A stretch of DNA of 32,000 bases from Paracoccus suum. Lineage in GTDB: Bacteria > Pseudomonadota > Alphaproteobacteria > Rhodobacterales > Rhodobacteraceae. Positions 1 through 7,978 of this stretch are shown piece by piece. The position numbers were made by a program, and so were the translations under genes. Each line of letters opens with the position of its first letter. Position 1 is the stretch's first letter. The notes under the pieces were generated by a model, which saw only the letters and a list, made by a program, of their open reading frames with translations, was not told where the DNA came from and did not search any database. The stretch lies in contig NZ_CP030918.1 in the NCBI RefSeq assembly GCF_003324675.1, forward strand, positions 2,130,001 through 2,162,000, written 5' to 3'.

Positions 1-1
1 G

Positions 2-325
2 ACCATCACGAACCCGCCCTTCCGCTTGGCTGAACAGTTCGTCCACCGGGCCTTCGCCACGTCCGACGTGGGGGTCGCGGTCATCGTCCGCAGCGCCTTC
101 CTGGAGGGGATCGGTCGTTACGAGCGGCTGTTCCGCGACAATCCCCCTTCGCTGACCCTGCAGTTCACCGAGCGCGTGCCGATGGTGAAGGGGCGCCATG
201 ACCCTGATGCCACGACGGCCACCTCCTACTGCTGGTTGGTCTGGATGATGGGTGAATCCATGCCTCGCATGGGCTGGATACCGCCCTGTCGTAAGCGCCT
301 CGAGCGGGCAGGGGACGCGGCATGA
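2..325 (+). CDS. DNA N6-adenine methyltransferase, C-terminal part (5' end outside the window)
   Basis: The frame is open from base 2 and reads T-I-T-N-P-P-F, the (D/N)PP(Y/F) catalytic motif IV of amino-methyltransferases. The listed TTG start at 26 is therefore internal. The stop overlaps the next start (ATGA at 322-325). Confidence 0.6.
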   Translation, partial: TITNPPFRLAEQFVHRAFATSDVGVAVIVRSAFLEGIGRYERLFRDNPPSLTLQFTERVPMVKGRHDPDATTATSYCWLVWMMGESMPRMGWIPPCRKRLERAGDAA

Positions 326-540
326 CGCTTCCCGCTCCCACCCCCGAACAGAAGCGCGCCGTCTGGAACGCAATCGCGCCACCCGCGCAGCTGAATGTCG
401 ACGGCATTATCGCCGCCACCGGCCTGTCCGACCGCATCGTGTGGGAAGTGATCGCCCTCGGCCGCGCTGCGGGGCAGATCGAGATCCACGACGCGGACCG
501 CCAGGCCGTCTGGATCAGCCGCAGCGAGGTCGCGGCATGA
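322..540 (+). CDS. Hypothetical small protein (72 aa), possibly winged-helix-like
   Basis: ATGA overlaps at both ends. High third-position GC like the neighbouring genes. No recognisable motif. Confidence 0.55.
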   Translation: MTLPAPTPEQKRAVWNAIAPPAQLNVDGIIAATGLSDRIVWEVIALGRAAGQIEIHDADRQAVWISRSEVAA

Positions 541-884
541 CCCGGCGCGGCTTCAAGAAGTTCGGCAACATCCCGGTCGAGTACGACGGCATGCGCTTTG
601 ACAGCCAACGGGAGATGGCGCGCTACGCCGCTCTCAAGCTGCTCGAAAAGGGCGGCGCTATCCGTGATCTGCGCCGGCAGGTCCGCCTTCCCCTCGAAGG
701 GCGTGACGGCCCGGTCCGCTTCCAGCCGTCGAACCGCGTCGCCGTCTACGTCGCTGACTTTGTCTATTTCGACACCGCGCGCGGGCTCGAGGTGATCGAG
801 GACGCCAAGGGCCACCGTACCCCCGAATACAAGCTCAAGAGGGCCATTCTGGCCGCGCAGGGCGTGGAGATCATCGAGACATGA
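537..884 (+). CDS. DUF1064-family phage protein (115 aa)
   Basis: MTRRGFKKFGNIPVEYDGMRFDSQREMARYAALKLLEKGGAIRDLRRQ matches the DUF1064 N-terminal signature (KF.N..v..DG..FDS..E...Y..L.lL...G.I..L..Q). Start chosen at the ATG overlapping the upstream stop, not the 252 extension. Confidence 0.75.
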   Translation: MTRRGFKKFGNIPVEYDGMRFDSQREMARYAALKLLEKGGAIRDLRRQVRLPLEGRDGPVRFQPSNRVAVYVADFVYFDTARGLEVIEDAKGHRTPEYKLKRAILAAQGVEIIET

Positions 885-1855
885 GCGCTTTGACCAACCA
901 CCGCCACGAGGTGGCGCTGACCGGACTCTGGCACGACTATGCCAACCTCTTCCCGATGCTCGATGCGGCTGCGCAGGATCGACTTCGCGATGACATCCGA
1001 CAGTTCGGTGTCCGGGAGCCGATTGTTCTGTTCAACGGGCGCATCTTGGATGGTCGCAATCGCTATATGGCAGCGCGCGATCTGGGGCTGGAGTTTCCGG
1101 TGGCGGATTATGCCGGCACGGACGCTGAGGCTCTGGCCTATGTCCTGTCGACTAACCTGCACCGGCGGCACCTGACCGAAAGCCAACGCGCGGCGGTTGC
1201 GGCCAAACTGGCGAACATGCCTCAAGGCGCACGAACTGATTTGGAACCTTCCGCAAATCTGCGGAAGGTCTCGACCGCAGAAGCTGCCACTATGTTGAAC
1301 GTCGGCACGCGCACAGTTGAGGCGGCGAAGGCGGTACTCGACCATGGAGCGCCAGAATTGGCGGCCCAAGTCGAAAGCGGAGAAGTTGCCGTTTCGGCCG
1401 CAGCCGAGGTTGCGCGACTGCCAGGAGCCGAACAAGCCGAGGTGGTCGCAGCTGGGCCACAGGCCGTGAAGGCTAGAGCGAAAACAATCCGCGACGAACG
1501 CAAGGCCAAGTCTACAACCGCCAACCCGCACCCGACCCGCGCCCTGACGCGCGAGGCGCTGACCGACGATCTGGCCGGGCTGCGCGAGGAAAACGCGGAG
1601 CTGCGTTCGAAGCTGGTCGCTGCCGAGGCGCGAATTGCCGACCTGGAGCGTGCCAACGCCGAGCTGGCCCACAGCGAGAGCGGCCGCATCATTGCCGACC
1701 TGCAAGCCCAGCGAGACCGCGAGAAGGCGGCAAAGGGCAAGAAGATGGACGAGCTGGCCGTCGAGGCCCGCAAGCTGCGCGCCGCCGATAAGCGGATTGC
1801 CGATCTGGAGCGGGAATTGGCCGCCTCGCGGGAGCGGGAGGCAATCCCGCTGTGA
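881..1855 (+). CDS. ParB-like N-terminal (ParB/Srx) domain protein with HTH and C-terminal coiled coil
   Basis: REPIVLFNGRILDGRNRYMAARDLG matches the ParB-box DGxxR motif. An HTH-like stretch follows (STAEAATMLNVGTRTVEAAK). The C-terminus has heptad-like ENAELRSKLVAAEARIADLERANAEL repeats. Confidence 0.8.
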   Translation: MSALTNHRHEVALTGLWHDYANLFPMLDAAAQDRLRDDIRQFGVREPIVLFNGRILDGRNRYMAARDLGLEFPVADYAGTDAEALAYVLSTNLHRRHLTESQRAAVAAKLANMPQGARTDLEPSANLRKVSTAEAATMLNVGTRTVEAAKAVLDHGAPELAAQVESGEVAVSAAAEVARLPGAEQAEVVAAGPQAVKARAKTIRDERKAKSTTANPHPTRALTREALTDDLAGLREENAELRSKLVAAEARIADLERANAELAHSESGRIIADLQAQRDREKAAKGKKMDELAVEARKLRAADKRIADLERELAASREREAIPL

Positions 1856-2100
1856 GCATCCTGGCCCGCATTCGCGCCCATGGCGGCGACCTGACCTTCG
1901 ACCAATGGCGGCCGACGCTTGTGCGCGGCCGGTTGGACGATGCCGCAATCGCCTGGGTCAAGCACCACAGGGATGCAGTGATGACCGAGGCATGGCCGGC
2001 CTATGACGCATGGTGCGAGCGCGCGGCGATCCTTGAGTTCGATGCCGGAATGACCCGCGCCGAGGCGGAGGCCGCGGCCTACGCGGAGGTGGCAGCATGA
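1852..2100 (+). CDS. Hypothetical small protein (82 aa)
   Basis: Start and stop are coupled to both neighbours, and codon usage is typical of the element. The N-terminus resembles the short 'ILARLRAxGxxL' domains seen next to phage helicases and primases (weak). Confidence 0.55.
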   Translation: MSILARIRAHGGDLTFDQWRPTLVRGRLDDAAIAWVKHHRDAVMTEAWPAYDAWCERAAILEFDAGMTRAEAEAAAYAEVAA

Positions 2101-3662
2101 TGCTCGATCTTCGGCCCACCGAAGCAATCAGCCTGCGGCCATATCAGGCCGATGCCGTTGACCTGCTGCGCGAATGCGTGCGGCGGGGTCTCAAGCGCCC
2201 CGTGCTCTACGCCCCGACCGGGGCCGGCAAGACCGTCATCGCGTCGCACCTGTTGCGCGAAGCCAATGCCAAGGGCAGCTATGCGCTGTTCCTGGTGGAC
2301 CGGGTCGAACTGGTCAAACAGACTTCGGCCACCCTCGACCGCTATGGCATCCCGCACGGCATCGTGCAGGGCATCAACGAGCGGTGGATGCCGCGCGAGA
2401 ACGTACAGGTCTGCTCGATCCAGACGCTCGAGCGCCGCGTACTGCCGCGCCGGCCCAGCCTGGTGATCTACGACGAGGCGCACTGCAGCTATCGCAAGAC
2501 CTTGCGGTTCATCGCCGACAACCCGGAGGCCGTCGCCATCGGTCTGACCGCCACCCCATTCACCAAGGGCATGGGCGATCACTGGGACACCATCGTCAAT
2601 GTCGCCTCCACCCGCACCCTGATCGACGCCGGCAACCTGATCGAGCCGCTGATCTACGTCGCGCGCTCGCCGCAGGACAGCGAACTTGCCGTCTCGGGCA
2701 TGGGTGAGTTCACCGATGCCAGCGCGACCGGCGCAGGCATCAAGATCATCGGTGACGTGGTCGCGGAGTGGATCGCCAAGACGTGCGAGCATTTCGGCGG
2801 ACCTGCCAAGACCATCGTGTTCAGCCCGACCGTCGAGCACGGGCGCGAGTTGTGCGCAGCCTTCGCCGACGCCGGGTTTAACTTCCAGCAGGTCAGCTAC
2901 CTGGACCGCAACGAGGCCGAGCGTGACGCCAAGATCGCCGAGTTCCGCCGCCCCGACAGCATCATCCACGGGCTGGTGTCCTGCGGCGTACTGACTAAGG
3001 GGTTCGACGTGCCAGACGTGCTGGTTGGCATCGGCTGCAAGCCATACCGCAAGAGCCTGTCGAGCCACATGCAGGAGATCGGGCGCATCATGCGGCCGGC
3101 CGAGGGCAAGGCGAAGGCACTCTGGCTCTGCCACAGCGGCAACGTCGAGCGGTTTGCCCTCGACACCTACGATGTCTGGGAGAACGGCGCGGGCGACCTG
3201 TCCAAGGCCACGAAGCGCGACAGCACTCCGCGCAAGCGCGAGCCGGGCGAGCGGGCCAAGGTGGTCTGCCCGGAATGCAGCGGGGCCCTTTACGGCGACA
3301 CCTGCCGCTCATGCGGCTGGCAGCGCCCGGCGCGGTCCGGCATCCATTCCGTCGACGGTTCGCTTCATGCCTTCGATCCAGCGACGCTGGCGATGGCGAC
3401 GCGCCCAGGGCTTCGGGCCGAGTGCCTGAATGACCCACGCGGCGTCTGGAGCGCGGCCCTGTCCTATTGCCTCGGCAACAGCCGCTACGGCGAGGACAAG
3501 GCACGCCGCTGGGCTGCGGGGATCTGGCATGGGGTTTATCCCGACGCGAAGCTGCCCGCTGGCTGGTACTCCGCCGCGCCGGGCCCGATCAGCGACAGCG
3601 CGCTGGGCCTGATCGACCGAGAGGTCAAGCGCTTTCGCCAGTCGAAGCGGAGGGCAGCATGA
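2097..3662 (+). CDS. Superfamily-2 DEAD/DEAH-box helicase (phage replicative/recombination helicase, res-subunit-like) with C-terminal zinc ribbon
   Basis: Motif I APTGAGKT, motif II YDEAH, motif III TATP, motif VI QEIGRIMR. A CPECSGALYGDTCRSCGW Cys4 ribbon lies downstream. Confidence 0.9.
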   Translation: MMLDLRPTEAISLRPYQADAVDLLRECVRRGLKRPVLYAPTGAGKTVIASHLLREANAKGSYALFLVDRVELVKQTSATLDRYGIPHGIVQGINERWMPRENVQVCSIQTLERRVLPRRPSLVIYDEAHCSYRKTLRFIADNPEAVAIGLTATPFTKGMGDHWDTIVNVASTRTLIDAGNLIEPLIYVARSPQDSELAVSGMGEFTDASATGAGIKIIGDVVAEWIAKTCEHFGGPAKTIVFSPTVEHGRELCAAFADAGFNFQQVSYLDRNEAERDAKIAEFRRPDSIIHGLVSCGVLTKGFDVPDVLVGIGCKPYRKSLSSHMQEIGRIMRPAEGKAKALWLCHSGNVERFALDTYDVWENGAGDLSKATKRDSTPRKREPGERAKVVCPECSGALYGDTCRSCGWQRPARSGIHSVDGSLHAFDPATLAMATRPGLRAECLNDPRGVWSAALSYCLGNSRYGEDKARRWAAGIWHGVYPDAKLPAGWYSAAPGPISDSALGLIDREVKRFRQSKRRAA

Positions 3663-4312
3663 GCTTGCGTGTTCTGATCGGTTGCGAAACCTCGGGCGTG
3701 ATGCGGAGGGCATTCACTGCGCTCGGACACGACGCCTGGTCCTGTGATCTTCTAGCGGCCGAGGACGGCAGCAATCGCCATATTCGTGGTGACATTCGCG
3801 ACCATCTGGGGGACGGCTGGGATTTGCTGGTTGTCTGTCATCCGCCCTGCACCCGCCTATGCAACAGCGGAGTTCGCTGGCTCAGCGTCCCGCCGCCTGG
3901 CCGGACGCGCGCCGAAATGTGGGCCGAACTGGACGAGGGCGCCGCGCTGTTCGCGGCTTGCTGGGAGGCGCCCGTTGCGCGCCTCGCAATCGAGAATCCG
4001 GTCATGCATCGCCATGCGCGGGCGCGCCTCCCGGAGGACCTGCCAAAGCCGCAGATCGTCCAACCCTGGTGGTTCGGTGAGCCAGCTAAAAAGGCGACCG
4101 GCTTCTACCTCCGGGGGCTGCCGCCTTTGGCTCCAACCGATCGGCTCACACTGCCTTCGAAGGGCTCACCAGAGGACCACCGCTGGCAGGCCGTCCATCG
4201 GTGTCCGCCCGGACCCGACCGGTGGCGCATCCGCAGCCGAACATTCGAAGGCATCGCCGCGGCCTGCGCTGACCAGTGGGGCGGCCATGCACTGCGTGAG
4301 ATTGCGGCATGA
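3659..4312 (+). CDS. Putative DNA (cytosine-5) methyltransferase-like protein (217 aa, compact phage type)
   Basis: VLIGCETSG (motif I-like), VVCHPPCTRL (Pro-Cys catalytic motif IV) and AIENPV (ENV motif VI). Start is the ATG overlapping the helicase stop (ATGA at 3659-3662). Confidence 0.55.
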   Translation: MSLRVLIGCETSGVMRRAFTALGHDAWSCDLLAAEDGSNRHIRGDIRDHLGDGWDLLVVCHPPCTRLCNSGVRWLSVPPPGRTRAEMWAELDEGAALFAACWEAPVARLAIENPVMHRHARARLPEDLPKPQIVQPWWFGEPAKKATGFYLRGLPPLAPTDRLTLPSKGSPEDHRWQAVHRCPPGPDRWRIRSRTFEGIAAACADQWGGHALREIAA

Positions 4313-5214
4313 GCGTGCACGATGCGATGGTTGAGGCCTGCCGCGCGGTCGGGATCGTTCCGCCGGCTCGCCCCGTTCCCGGCCGCTGGGTTCTGGCGGA
4401 TGTTGAGGGCAAGGCGAACGGGAAAGGCGATGGCCGCGTCAAACTGGACCCAGATGGTCGCGGTGGCGTGTCGTGGAATCACCAGACCGGGCAGCATGCG
4501 CGGTTCCGGGATCAGGCCGCACCGGCATCCCCGGCGCGCCCGCGGGACCTTGCGCGCGAACGCGAGCAGGAGGCCGACCGCCGTGCCGTCGCCGCGATCT
4601 ACGCCGCCCTGGTGGGCGCGAGCCGGCAGGAGCGGCACGCTTACCTGGCGCGCAAGGGTTTCCCCGAGGAGCGCGGGCTCGTGCTCGAGGATGCGCGGGC
4701 GGTCCTTCCCGCCACTGGCATGGGCCCGCGGGTTGCCGCGGCTCTGCCGGAGGGGGAGGGGCCCCTGCTGCTGATCCCTGGACGGGCTGGCGGCGAGGTG
4801 ACCACCGTCCAGTTCATCACCGCCGAAGGCATCAAGAAGAACATCCTCGGCGGCCGCATGGGCGCCGCGGCCCACAGGATCGCCACAGGGCGCGAGACCT
4901 GGGTCTGCGAGGGTATCGCGACCGCGCTCAGCGTCCGCGCGGCCCTGAGGCTGCTGGGTCGCTCCGCAACGGTCCTTTCGGCTTTCAGCGCGCAGAATGT
5001 CGCCAAGGTCGCGGGAGCGATCCCCGGCGCCATCATCGCCGCTGACCACGACAAGACCGTCGACGTTTTCGGCACCGGCACCGGCGAGCATTACGCGCGC
5101 CAGTCCGGCTGCCGCTGGGTCATGCCGCCCGAGATGGGCGACTGGAACGACCATCACACGCGGCACGGCCTGCGGGCCGTCGCGCTGCTGCTGCGCGAGG
5201 TGAAGCCGCCGTGA
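4309..5214 (+). CDS. Toprim-domain DNA primase-like protein
   Basis: TWVCEGIATALS (Toprim conserved Glu) and IIAADHDKT (DxD metal motif). Sits directly after the helicase in the replication module. Confidence 0.8.
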   Translation: MSVHDAMVEACRAVGIVPPARPVPGRWVLADVEGKANGKGDGRVKLDPDGRGGVSWNHQTGQHARFRDQAAPASPARPRDLAREREQEADRRAVAAIYAALVGASRQERHAYLARKGFPEERGLVLEDARAVLPATGMGPRVAAALPEGEGPLLLIPGRAGGEVTTVQFITAEGIKKNILGGRMGAAAHRIATGRETWVCEGIATALSVRAALRLLGRSATVLSAFSAQNVAKVAGAIPGAIIAADHDKTVDVFGTGTGEHYARQSGCRWVMPPEMGDWNDHHTRHGLRAVALLLREVKPP

Positions 5215-5693
5215 GAGGGCCACAGTCCGGCGCGGTGGGCACCCGCAAAGGACGCAGTTTGACCCCCATGAGGCAATCAAGGGGCGTCAGGGTGAAAGGT
5301 CGGGGTGGTAACCGACTGGCACGGCCTCAAGCGACCATCATAGCCGCTCAGCATCCTGCACAGCAGGCCCAGCCCCGGAACATGACGGGTATGGGAAACC
5401 CCGGCGGGGGACGCGGCAAGCCCATTACCCGCATAGGACGCACCCACGAGGTGCAGCCTGCCCCGTCTCGCTCTCCGAGGATGGGGAAAGGTGCCGCCAG
5501 GTCCCGAAAGGGAGTGAAGCGACAGGTACGGACCGACAGCCTGACCCCGGTCCCGCGTGCAAACGACGCGCCTGTTCGGAGAGAGCGTTGCGTCCGTGTC
5601 CCCGGCTCCATGCCAGCACGAGCAGCACTTCATCCTGACGACGGGTGAAGTGCGCCCATCCGGAACCCCCCACCTTCCAGCAAGAGCAAGAGA

Positions 5694-5885
5694 ATGAGAG
5701 CCATCACCGCACAAGAGATAGAAGCCGCGCGGACACCGAACGGCGGCTGGACGCGAGAAACCCTGGCGGGCTGGGGCGTGGACTGGCCCCCGGCGAAAGG
5801 ATGGCGAGCCGCGATCATGAAAGGACACCCGGCGCCCACGACGAGAGATGCCAGTGCAGTTCCGATGGGGAGGGTGTTGTCATGA
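5694..5885 (+). CDS. Hypothetical small phage protein (63 aa)
   Basis: GGWTRETLAGWGVDWPPAKGWRAAI resembles a recurrent small phage/plasmid motif (GVxWPPxKGWR). The stop overlaps the next start (ATGA). Confidence 0.6.
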   Translation: MRAITAQEIEAARTPNGGWTRETLAGWGVDWPPAKGWRAAIMKGHPAPTTRDASAVPMGRVLS

Positions 5886-6208
5886 GCGCCTGCAAGCCTC
5901 TCGCCCCGACCTCAAGCGCCGCCTTCGCGGTGGCGTTCCGCGCGCGCCAACTGACCCCCGCGCTAGAGGCTCTGCTGGGCAAGGCAATGAAACGCCAGGC
6001 CGCGGCCGAAGGTCACGCGCCGAAACAGATGCGGCGCGCCCCAAAGCCCGCAGAGTACGGACGCAAGGTGTCCCCGGCCGCCGTGGTCGCTACGCAGATG
6101 ATCGCGAGTGGCGAGACAGATCGCGCGGTCATTATCGCGGCAACCGGGCTCTCGGACATCCACGTGAGCAGGCTGATTGCTGCGCAGCGCAGCGGGGACG
6201 CCGCATGA
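5882..6208 (+). CDS. Hypothetical protein (108 aa), possible C-terminal HTH
   Basis: ATGA coupling at both ends. The C-terminal IIAATGLSDIHVSRLIAAQR is HTH-like. Confidence 0.5.
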   Translation: MSACKPLAPTSSAAFAVAFRARQLTPALEALLGKAMKRQAAAEGHAPKQMRRAPKPAEYGRKVSPAAVVATQMIASGETDRAVIIAATGLSDIHVSRLIAAQRSGDAA

Positions 6209-6417
6209 GCCTCGCCAGCAGCATCTACCGCTGGACCAAACCCGAAGGGCTGACCCCTGAGGAAACGGCGGCCCGCAACGCCGCCTGTCGGCGCGACATC
6301 GCCGCCGGCACCGGCTGGGCCGTCATCGACATGGATCAGGTGCCCGGCTGGCCCGAGCGCGAAATCATCGCCCGCGAGAACGCGCGGCAGAACGGGGTGG
6401 CACGATGGGCAAGATGA
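6205..6417 (+). CDS. Hypothetical protein (70 aa)
   Basis: ATGA overlap with the upstream gene, and its stop overlaps the next ATG. Codon usage is typical of the element. Confidence 0.5.
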   Translation: MSLASSIYRWTKPEGLTPEETAARNAACRRDIAAGTGWAVIDMDQVPGWPEREIIARENARQNGVARWAR

Positions 6418-6980
6418 GGTCTCGCCGGATACGCAAACAGATGGGCGCCTGGCAGCACGGCTGCGCACCACGGCCAGCTGTGTCGCTGCACGCCGCCCCA
6501 TGGGACCTCGGCGCCAATGGTCCCGCCATGCGTGCCGGGCTGGTGCTGGAGGACCGGGGCGAGGTCAACGCCGAGACCGGGCGCCGGGTCAACCCGAACA
6601 AGGTCTACGGCGCGCGCCGGGTCGATATGCTGGAGGTCTGGCACCGACGCGGGGTGATCAGCACCGCCGGGTTCACCGCGGCCGAGAAGCTGCGCGATGC
6701 CTTCGAGGGCACACAGCGCGGCCCCGGATGGCCCGAGAACGATCGGGTGCAGTCGAGCCCCAAACCGGACCACGCGGTGACGATCCAGGTCGACCGCATC
6801 AGCCGCTATGCCAAACTGGCGGCTTACGTCACTCGGGAGGACTGGCCCATCGTCGAGGCGTGCGTCTTGGACGGCCGCACGCCTGCGGCGATCCGTGGGT
6901 TTCGCGGCAAGGGCTATCAGACGGGACTCGTGGCGCTACATGATGCGCTGGACCGCATGGCATGCGCGATGGGTAGTTGA
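6414..6980 (+). CDS. Putative phage transcriptional regulator (DUF6456-like), 188 aa
   Basis: The central region (DMLEVWHRRGVISTAGFTAAEKLRDAFEGTQRGPG...) resembles the DUF6456 pattern (L..L..RG.l....f.AgerLR.DfE.a.l). Start placed at the ATG at 6414 that overlaps the upstream TGA; ATG 6405 is an alternative. Last gene before the accessory island and late operon. Confidence 0.5.
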   Translation: MRSRRIRKQMGAWQHGCAPRPAVSLHAAPWDLGANGPAMRAGLVLEDRGEVNAETGRRVNPNKVYGARRVDMLEVWHRRGVISTAGFTAAEKLRDAFEGTQRGPGWPENDRVQSSPKPDHAVTIQVDRISRYAKLAAYVTREDWPIVEACVLDGRTPAAIRGFRGKGYQTGLVALHDALDRMACAMGS

Positions 6981-7030
6981 CAGGTAAATGGTAATCGGCC
7001 ATTTTGACCACACTCGCGCGCGACTTTTGG

Positions 7031-7079
7031 GAAACGCGCGCCCGGCGCCCGGCGAGGAATCGCGCGGGCGTTTCGTTTC
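7031..7079 (+). terminator. Hairpin terminator downstream of 6414..6980 (possibly bidirectional)
   Basis: GAAACGCGCGC...GCGC-GG-GCGTTTC forms about 11 bp with a 2-nt bulge. It is followed by GTTTC and preceded by an A-run. Lies 50 nt after the stop. Confidence 0.45.
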
Positions 7080-7246
7080 AACGGGGTTGCGATGCGCAAT
7101 TGGGATATGAGGAACGCAGGCTTGCAGCTAGCCGACTTCGCCGCCAGCGGCCCGCGTGACCCGCTCTGGTATCGCGTCTGTCGCATCCTGGTTCTCGCGA
7201 CCGGCAGATAGCCGTTTTCCACCTGCCAGCCACGTGCGGCAGATAG

Positions 7247-7275
7247 CCCCGCCCGCAGAGATGCAGGCGGGGTTT
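7247..7275 (-). terminator. Hairpin immediately downstream of the SRAP gene stop
   Basis: CCCCGCC-c-GCA-GAGA-TGC-a-GGCGGGG forms 10 bp with a GNRA loop. It begins about 5 nt past the minus-strand stop at 7280-7282. The U-tract (TTT) is on the + side only. Confidence 0.4.
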
Positions 7276-7279
7276 CCAT

Positions 7280-7909
7280 CTAGAGGGGCTCATCCACCAG
7301 GCGCAGCGCTCCATCGGGCAAAGGCCTTTGCAGCTTGCCTGCAACCTCCCATGGCGCAGAGAGCCATGTGTCCCACTCTTCCCGCCGCGTGAGGATGACC
7401 GGCATCGCCTTGGGATGAATGGGCCGGACCTCTGCATTGGGCTCCGTCGTGAGGAAGGCGAACAGATCGTCGGTGGTGGCGCCATCCTTGATCTTGCGCA
7501 CCGAGGTCCAGTTCGGAACCTGAAGCCCTGCGAAGAACATGGGCTCGCCATCAGCAGCGGCGAACCACTGGTTGCCGAGGCCGGCGCCGCGGGGTTCTGC
7601 AAACGCTGTCAGCGGCACGAGACAGCGATACGCGGGCCCCAGCCAACGCCGCCAGTGGGGCGAGCTTGCATTGCGCACGTTCGTGACGCCGGGGTCACGG
7701 ACGGTCTTGAGGAGCGACTTGGGGGACGGCAGCCCCCAGCGCGCCCGCACGATCTCCAGCCCCTCGTCGGCATGGCGAATGATAGGCGCCGGCCGATCAG
7801 GGTATATCGGGCCGGGTTCAACGTTGCCTGCCCGGTCATGTACCGTCAGGTCCGCGAACAGCCGGCGCATCGCCTCTTGCGTCGTCGTCTGGTTGTAGAG
7901 GTTGCACAT
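7280..7909 (-). CDS. SOS response-associated peptidase (SRAP/YedK-like, DUF159)
   Basis: Start set at M-C-N-L-Y so that the catalytic Cys2 is N-terminal, with a GAGGGA RBS 7-8 nt upstream. RCLVPLTAFAEP and PIHPKAMPVIL match the SRAP Glu and His motifs. Confidence 0.85.
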   Translation of the reverse strand: MCNLYNQTTTQEAMRRLFADLTVHDRAGNVEPGPIYPDRPAPIIRHADEGLEIVRARWGLPSPKSLLKTVRDPGVTNVRNASSPHWRRWLGPAYRCLVPLTAFAEPRGAGLGNQWFAAADGEPMFFAGLQVPNWTSVRKIKDGATTDDLFAFLTTEPNAEVRPIHPKAMPVILTRREEWDTWLSAPWEVAGKLQRPLPDGALRLVDEPL

Positions 7910-7978
7910 CCTGTATCCCTCGCAGGTCGCAGCGGCCGACATTGCCCGTGCAATAACATCGCTGTGGGAGGCATAGCC

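Noticed and set aside
252-884. N-terminal extension of the DUF1064 ORF (210 aa as listed), with similar over-extended listings at 3467..4312, 5645..6208, 5848..6417, 13863..14435, 17511..18023, 18357..18884, 24024..24671, 24602..26728, 26662..29112 and 29025..29912
   Set aside because: The extensions overlap upstream genes out of frame and translate to Arg/Pro-rich junk. Internal ATGs that overlap the upstream stop, or have an RBS, give products starting at the conserved N-termini.
5289-5305. AGGGTGAAAGGTCGGGG, reminiscent of the RNase P RNA 'GGGUGAAAGGGUGCGG' region
   Set aside because: Other universally conserved RNase P blocks (GAAAGUCCGGGC, ACAGAACCCGGCUUA) are absent. The similarity is local only.
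5559-5567. GCA AAC GAC (A-N-D), which resembles the start of alphaproteobacterial tmRNA tag reading frames
   Set aside because: The downstream frame reads ANDAPVRRERCV... and runs on without the short ...LAA stop ending. No tRNA-like acceptor/T-arm (GGTTCGAATCC-type) is nearby.
5211-5828. ORFs 5211..5648 (+, 145 aa) and 5277..5828 (-, 183 aa) filling the post-primase gap
   Set aside because: Both translations are extremely basic or Pro/Gly-rich and low in complexity. Many codons end in A or T, unlike the flanking genes. No RBS or coupling to neighbours. The region is treated as non-coding.
7202-7249. 12-nt direct repeat CGGCAGATAGCC (x2) as a possible att core or insertion scar
   Set aside because: There are only two short copies 36 bp apart, with no flanking recombinase. 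Folded into the spacer finding at low weight rather than called as a feature.
7328-7978. The first 217 codons of the 298-aa + ORF 7328..8224
   Set aside because: This part is entirely antisense to the well-supported SRAP gene. Only the distal 81 codons, with a GGGAGG RBS, are kept.
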